Part shown: piece by piece, positions 36,015 through 41,984 of the stretch
Layout of the letters: each line of letters starts with the position of its first letter
Position numbering within the stretch: position 1 is the stretch's first letter
Assembly (NCBI RefSeq): GCF_001194135.2
Contig: NC_069006.1
Location: 11,465,802 to 11,507,785 of the forward strand
Origin: Octopus bimaculoides
Taxonomy: Eukaryota
Length of the DNA: 41,984 nucleotides
Direction: 5' to 3'
Position numbers and translations under genes: made by a program
The notes under the pieces: generated by a model
Seen by the model: the letters and a program-made list of their open reading frames with translations, nothing else
The model's database searches: none
What the model was told of the DNA's origin: nothing

Positions 36015-36246
36015 CTATGCAAATAAAAAACAAACAAACACATTAAAGAAATATGAGACAACAAATAAAGATCTATTTTACAGTGCTCCAGTATGGGCAT
36101 TATCTGCTCGGTTGGAAAAGGAAGTTGAACAACAAAGCTCAAGGAAAACACACACAAATATCTGTCTTTCTGGTTCTCTCTCACTATATAGATATCCTTT
36201 CAACTATAGGCACAAGGCCCTCAATTTTGGTGGGAAGGATCTAATC

Positions 36247-36440
36247 CAGGGGTTTCGAAAGTGGTTGATATTGACCCCTGAGGGTTGATGGGCCTATTCA
36301 TGGGGGTCGATAAATGCACATCTACTTAATTATTATTATTATTTATTTTTTCTTTGTACATGACTGGAGTGGGGAGAGTCGATGAATGGTAAAGGATTCC
36401 ATGAAGAGGTTGATGGTCTAAAGAGTTTGGGGACCCCCTG
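36247..36440. mobile_element. hAT-type MITE nested in a CORE-type SINE
   Basis: Termini caggggtttcgaaagt / agtttggggaccccctg. Flanks atctaatc / gtctattt resemble an NTCTA-type 8-bp target. The SINE resumes on both sides. Confidence 0.6.
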
Positions 36441-36638
36441 GTCTATTTAATTACATAGATCCCAGTGTTCAACTGGTACTTAGCTTATGAAACCCAAACG
36501 GATGATAAGCAAAGTCAACCATGGCAGCATTTGAATTCAGAATATAAAGACAGATGAAATGCCAATGAGCTAACAATTCTGCCACCTTTTCTCTCTCTCT
36601 CTCTCCCTCTCCCCTCACACACACACACACACACATAT

Positions 36639-37007
36639 ACAGGGTGTGAGGGATACATTTTCACCATCTTATACTTTTATTTTCGCACATGTGTATTGTT
36701 TGTTTGTGATTTTGTCAACTCCATAGTATAGTAGGGTCAGTTGGGCACTGTCTGTGAGAAATACAGCACCATGACGCAATTCAGTCTGCCAGAAATTTGG
36801 AAATGACATGCTGTACTTCTGGAATTTGCGCTGGAAGTGATAACAATGAAACATCCAGTTAACATCATGGTGTTTGGAGTGATCACTAGTGATGGCGATG
36901 TTATGCCTCCATTCATCTTCCCACACGGCCTCAGACTCAACATGAAGGCCTACATCAAGTGCTTGGAGAAGTGCTGCACTGGGTCAAGAGGGTGGCTGCT
37001 GGAAGAC

Positions 37008-37047
<40 letters not shown>

Positions 37048-37690
37048 CAGGGTGTGATGGGTAAATTGTCACCATCTTATATATTTATTTTCGCACATGT
37101 GCACTGTTTGTTTTTGATTTTTTTGACTCCACAGTATAGTAGGGTCATCTGGGCACTCTCTGTGAGAAAAACAGCACCTTGACACAATTCACTCTGCTAG
37201 AAATTTGGAAATGACATGCTGTGCTGCTTGACATTTGTGCTGGAAGTGATAAAAAATCACGCTGAGAGCAATATAAGTTAAACATCCAGTTAACATCATG
37301 GTGTTTGGAGTGATCACAACTGATGATGATGTTATGCCATTCATCTTTCCACACAGCCTCAGACTCAACATGGAGGCCTACATGGACTGGAGGAGGTAGT
37401 GCTGCCCTGGGTCAACAGGGTGGCTACTGGAAGACCCTATGTGGGGCACAGTTGAGCGAGAGACCAACAAAACTCCTTGTAATACCAAAGATGAACTGAA
37501 GGCAAGGATTATGGCAGCATTCACCAACTTAAACAAGGAAACCATCCAGAAGAGTTGCAGGAGATTCCAAAGTCGTCTGGAGGCCATGGTTGAAGCCAAT
37601 GGCGAGTTTATTAAATAAATTTACTCTTTAGTATTTCATGATATTTTATGTAATTTCAGTAAATATATTTGTTAAAATGAGATGTCAGTG
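36639..37690 (+). mobile_element. Two tandem, internally deleted copies of a Tc1/mariner-superfamily element (second starts about 37048 and runs into the N gap)
   Basis: Both start TA-CAGGGTGTGA.GG.TA.ATT.TCACCATC. Peptides KHPVNIMVFGVITSDGDVMPPFIFPHGLRLN and CNTKDELKARIMAAFTNLNKETIQKSCRRFQSRLEAMVEANG. Confidence 0.82.
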
Positions 37691-38674
37691 NNNNNNNNNN
37701 NNNNNNNNNNNNNNNNNNNNNNNNNNNNNNNNNNNNNNNNNNNNNNNNNNNNNNNNNNNNNNNNNNNNNNNNNNNNNNNNNNNNNNNNNNNNNNNNNNNN
37801 NNNNNNNNNNNNNNNNNNNNNNNNNNNNNNNNNNNNNNNNNNNNNNNNNNNNNNNNNNNNNNNNNNNNNNNNNNNNNNNNNNNNNNNNNNNNNNNNNNNN
37901 NNNNNNNNNNNNNNNNNNNNNNNNNNNNNNNNNNNNNAATAGCAGCTAAAAAAGTGATGCTATCTGTAGGAGTCTCAGCTTTTTTAGCTGCTATTTCTGA
38001 ACTTCGGTATATGGTGAAACAAATATTTGCTGATCCCTTAATTATGTTTATAAATATATATGAGCTTTTAAATAAGTTCTCCACCAATAATGGTGCTTAC
38101 ATACCGATGGGCTTGGTAAAAATTGTTAATTATTAATTGTTGATTTATTAATGAATTAATAAATTGATAATCCTTTACCCTTTTAATTTGTATATATATA
38201 TATATATATCACACACACACATACACATATATATCCTTCAATTGTAGGCTTTGTTAGAATCTAGGTATTTCAACATGAAAGATGCTGAGAGCAGATGTGT
38301 AGTAGGCTCAATGTATCTGAATACATGCAGACAAAGACATATGCATATATGTAAAACATACATATACATACACACACAGACATATACATATATGTCCACA
38401 TAAACTCCACTTGTGTCCTTTTTATTTATATATATATATTAATAAAAAACAGCTGTTTGCAATGTTATACTGTAGAGGAAAATTACTCTCATCAACTGAA
38501 TAACACCTACATTGCAAGAAATAGGAGCACTTTAGCTCCTATTTCTAGCAATGTAAGTGTTATTTAGTCAAGTTTAGTTGATGACTATACACACACACAC
38601 ACACTTTCATACTTCTTAGAGTGGGTTTATATATACTGAAATTAACATGGCAGATTAAGAGAAATATTCTTTAC

Positions 38675-38811
38675 CGTCTTTATTTGAATCAAGATATGCA
38701 AACATCTTTTCCGTTTCATTGGAAGCTTCATCTAAATGTTCTTCTAGTTTTCGCTGTATCCATTCTTCCAGTTCTTTCAAGTCAAGGTATTGATCACTAT
38801 CAGTATCAGCC
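38675..38811 (-). CDS. SDF4: SDF4/Cab45 internal coding exon (most 5' exon found in window): (x)ADTDSDQYLDLKELEEWIQRKLEEHLDEASNETEKMFAYLDSNKD(G); EF-hand 1 and start of EF-hand 2
   Basis: Acceptor gttttccag|G, donor GACG|gtaaag, 137 nt, phase 2 to phase 1. EF loop DTDSDQYLDLKE. Resembles Cab45 (KVDVNTDRKISAKEMQRWIMEK...EHFQEA) recalled from memory. Not in the supplied ORF track. Confidence 0.9.
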
Positions 38812-39660
38812 CTGGAAAACAACAAGCAAAGACATTGTTAGTTCGTTCCTTATTGCAGAAGGAGATCTTAAATTTCCTACTGCTTCTCCGCTGCTAGTAC
38901 ACTTTCCTTATCATGTCTGTGTTGATTACAGCGGTCAGAAATGATATCCACAATGCTTTTTATCTTTCATTTGGTTCGGTCATTGCTCTGCGACCATACC
39001 AGGTGACAACCACGTCGAGAGGGCTTAGTTGAACAAATCAACCATGGTACTTATTTCTTTTTAAAGCCTAGCACTTATTCTACCAGTTTTTTTCCACAAA
39101 ACTGCTAAGTCACTGGGATGTAAACAAACCAACACCAGTTGTTGAGTGGTGGTGGGGAACAATCAAGACACACACACACAGGGGACACTCAAAAGTTCTT
39201 GGCTTTAGGTAAAAGAAAAACAGGAGCATCAGTTAATTAGGATTTTATTCAACAATCAATTATGATTTTATTCCCATCTCAGATTCATGCATTTATTGCA
39301 GCACTGCCTTTAGTCGAACAAATTGACCCCAGGACTTATTCTTTGTAACCTAGATGATGAGCAATGACTAAGAAACTAGTCTCTGTTTGCTGGCTTAGCT
39401 AGGTGGAGGTGATCATCTCTCCCTTTGTAAACATAAGCACACAGGAAATGTGTGAAGGCAGACAGGAAGCGGTGCTTCCTAGGGCTAAATAGCAGTAGTA
39501 TTATTCCCTTTCATGGGACTGTCACATTAAGTTGACAGCATACCACCACTTTAATAATTTAATTATTGTCATTTAATCTTTTAAGAGAATCTGTAAGAGA
39601 CTATATTGGATTTTTGCAGATAATAAATTATATTTATGCTATATCTCCATTTTCTAAATA

Positions 39661-39932
39661 TATATAATTTAGAGAAAAACCACTTAAATAAATTCAATAA
39701 AGAAGAATGTAATTCACACCCTCTAGAAAGTAAATATATCATAAAAACCTTATTCTAAAAATCAATAAAGTACATTCCATTTAGTATATATATATACCAT
39801 TTAGTAGTTATTCTTTTATGTATTTTATTGATTTTTAGAATAAGGTTTTTATGATATATTTACTTTCTAGAGGGTGTGAATTACATTCTTCTTTATTGAA
39901 TTATTTAATAGTGGTTTTTCTCATAATTATAT
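39661..39932. repeat. AT-rich inverted repeat (arms about 39661-39773 and 39819-39932)
   Basis: aattcacaccctctagaaagtaaatatatcataaaaaccttattctaaaaatcaataaa is the reverse complement of 39825-39882; similarity continues outward with few mismatches. Confidence 0.9.
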
Positions 39933-40299
39933 ACATATATTTTATAATGGGAAATTTGATTTAGTTTTGCTAAATTGAATTTTTCCCTGTAAGTTTTGGA
40001 TTTTATTCCCTAATATTATTACACACACACACTTAATTTGAGGAGGTTATATCCTCATTAGGGATGAAATAATCCTAGGTATACTCTGTATGCATCCTTC
40101 AAAAGAAAAATGTGCTCTGCATTGACCTTGAAGAAGTTGTACCACCATACAGTTAGAACATGATACCTTTCTTACCATTCAACCAAATGCTTAGAAATTC
40201 TGATCAACTAGGTGATAAGATTGAAACATATATGTAGGTTCCTTTATTTTATTGTTAGAGTTTTACAACTTGTGATCAATTTATATGTACTGTTATGGC

Positions 40300-41552
40300 T
40301 TTTAAAGCCCCAAGATTTAAGGCACATAAGGACAGAGTGACGATAATTATGTGTGGCAATACTGCTGGGTTCATGATGAAACCAGGACTTATCTACAAAC
40401 CCAAGGGCCTCCAAAAATAGGAATAAAAACCTGCTGCCTGTCCACTGGATGGACAATCCAAAGGCCTGGATTACCAAAAGTCTAACTTTGAATTGGTTCC
40501 ACCAATGCTTCATCCCTCAAGCCAAAGAATACCTCCAAAATATTTGCATGGAATTCAAGGTGTTGCTTGTTATGAATAATGCTGGTGGTCACTCTATGGA
40601 TTTGAATCATGAGGGAGTCCAACTTGGGTTCCTCCCTGCTAATACCAGCTCCCTCATCTAGCCTGGATGAAAGCGTTATCCATGCCTTCAAGGCACTTTA
40701 CACTCAGAACTCTCTCCAAGACCTTGTGGATACAATGGATTCGGATGAGAATTTCAAGTTAAAGGAATACTGGTGTAACTTCACAATCACAACATGCCTG
40801 TCAGTCATCCAAGCTACTTTGGAAGAAGGTGTGGCCAGAGTGTGTCCAGGACTACAAAGTCTTCTAACCTGAAGATATTCAGCACAAGGTTGTCAACAAT
40901 GTGGGGAAACTGGCAAAAGTACTTAGAAATGAAGGTTTTGATGACATCACACAAGATGAGGTCATCAATCTCATCAATGCCCACTATGAAACCCTGACAT
41001 AGAGGAGGATGAGGGGGGGGGTGACAATCGAACGTCTATCCAACCTTTTAAAGACTGCAAAGGAATTTCAAGGGAAGGCAGAAGCATGGGATCCTGATAT
41101 GATTCGGTCTCTCCAATTTAAGAATGCCATTGATGCTGTCATGCAAACATATAAAACTCTCCTTGCCACCATGAAGAAACAACGACAGCAACTTCCCATC
41201 ACAAATGTTCCTCAAGCCCACCAAGAAAGCCTTGCACGGAGATAGGAATCCCCTAAAACACTTGAATAAAAGGCATCAGCTGGAGAACTTTAAATCTTCT
41301 GTGCAGTCATTACCTTCATTATTTTCATCACCATTGTCTTAAATCAATATCATTCATTATTGGTGAGTAAGCATACATTTTACTTCATTTTTTATTAAAT
41401 TATTATTATAATATATATATATATATATATAATATTTTATGTTATATTTTGACGTTATAGGCATTTTTATGGACCACATCCAATATTCATGGTTTTCCAT
41501 TATTCGCAGGTGCTCTAGGAAAGTAACCCCTGCAAATACCAGGAGACTATTG
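40300..41552 (+). mobile_element. Tigger/pogo-family DNA transposon, 5'-truncated and decayed
   Basis: DDE_1-like peptides (KDRVTIIMCGN, WMDNPKAWITK..WFHQCFIP, KVLLVMNNAGGH, FKALYTQ) and a C-terminal KKQRQQLPIT. Right end ...aacccctgcaaataccaggagactattg followed by TA. Confidence 0.85.
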
Positions 41553-41586
41553 TATATACATACATACATAAATGTATGTATGTATG

Positions 41587-41660
<74 letters not shown>

Positions 41661-41927
41661 CACACACACATACATGTATGGGAGCGGGTAAAAGGGGGGT
41701 TTTTACCCCAAATTTGTATCTCAATTAGAAAATGGAGGATAATATGCTGAACCTAACTACTTGCAGACAGTGTTATGAATTAAATTAATGAATTCAACGG
41801 GATATACTGTCTGCAAGTAGTTGGGTTCAGCATATTATCCTCCATTTTCTAATTGATATATGTACACATATATACATAGATGCACATATATATACATGTA
41901 TGTATATATAAATATATATACATACAT

Positions 41928-41984
<57 letters not shown>

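Noticed and set aside
40160-40215. Donor-like GAATG|gtaaga as a candidate upstream SDF4 exon
   Set aside because: The phase-2 frame is short (LIRISKHLVE) and lacks the expected Cab45 N-terminal motifs; the real exon is probably outside the window.
1-41984. CRISPR-like or other regularly spaced repeat-spacer arrays; intact tRNA genes
   Set aside because: None found. Recurrent motifs are dispersed SINE copies, and tRNA-like segments are decayed SINE heads without a full cloverleaf.

Overview
AT-rich, microsatellite- and transposon-dense eukaryotic scaffold with seven N-gaps. The SINE families, decayed mariner/Tc1/Tigger/RTE elements and long introns suggest a cephalopod (Octopus-like) genome; this is inference. 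Two spliced protein-coding genes are supported, both on the minus strand. (1) The last five coding exons of an SDF4/Cab45 orthologue (CREC family, six EF-hands, C-terminal HDEF): 38675-38811, 35868-36014, 31767-31925, 27633-27805 and 26315-26491. All have canonical, phase-consistent GT-AG junctions; the signal-peptide exon was not found and probably lies beyond the right edge. (2) The last three exons of an unrecognised gene (4177-4288, 3337-3385, 1253-1394), found by splice-signal and phase matching. The rest is mostly repeats: a near full-length dead DD34D mariner, Tigger/pogo, Tc1-like and hAT/piggyBac MITEs, RTE and RLE-type LINE ends, tRNA/CORE-type SINEs and a decayed 5S rRNA copy. Most interesting signals: a minimal Penelope-type hammerhead ribozyme on the sense strand of an SDF4 intron carrying a U3-A8 swap of the C3-G8 core pair, further hammerhead relics, three long inverted repeats (two in SDF4 introns), and the unidentified second gene. 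No prokaryote-type system (CRISPR, operon) is present. SINE and TE-fragment boundaries are approximate.
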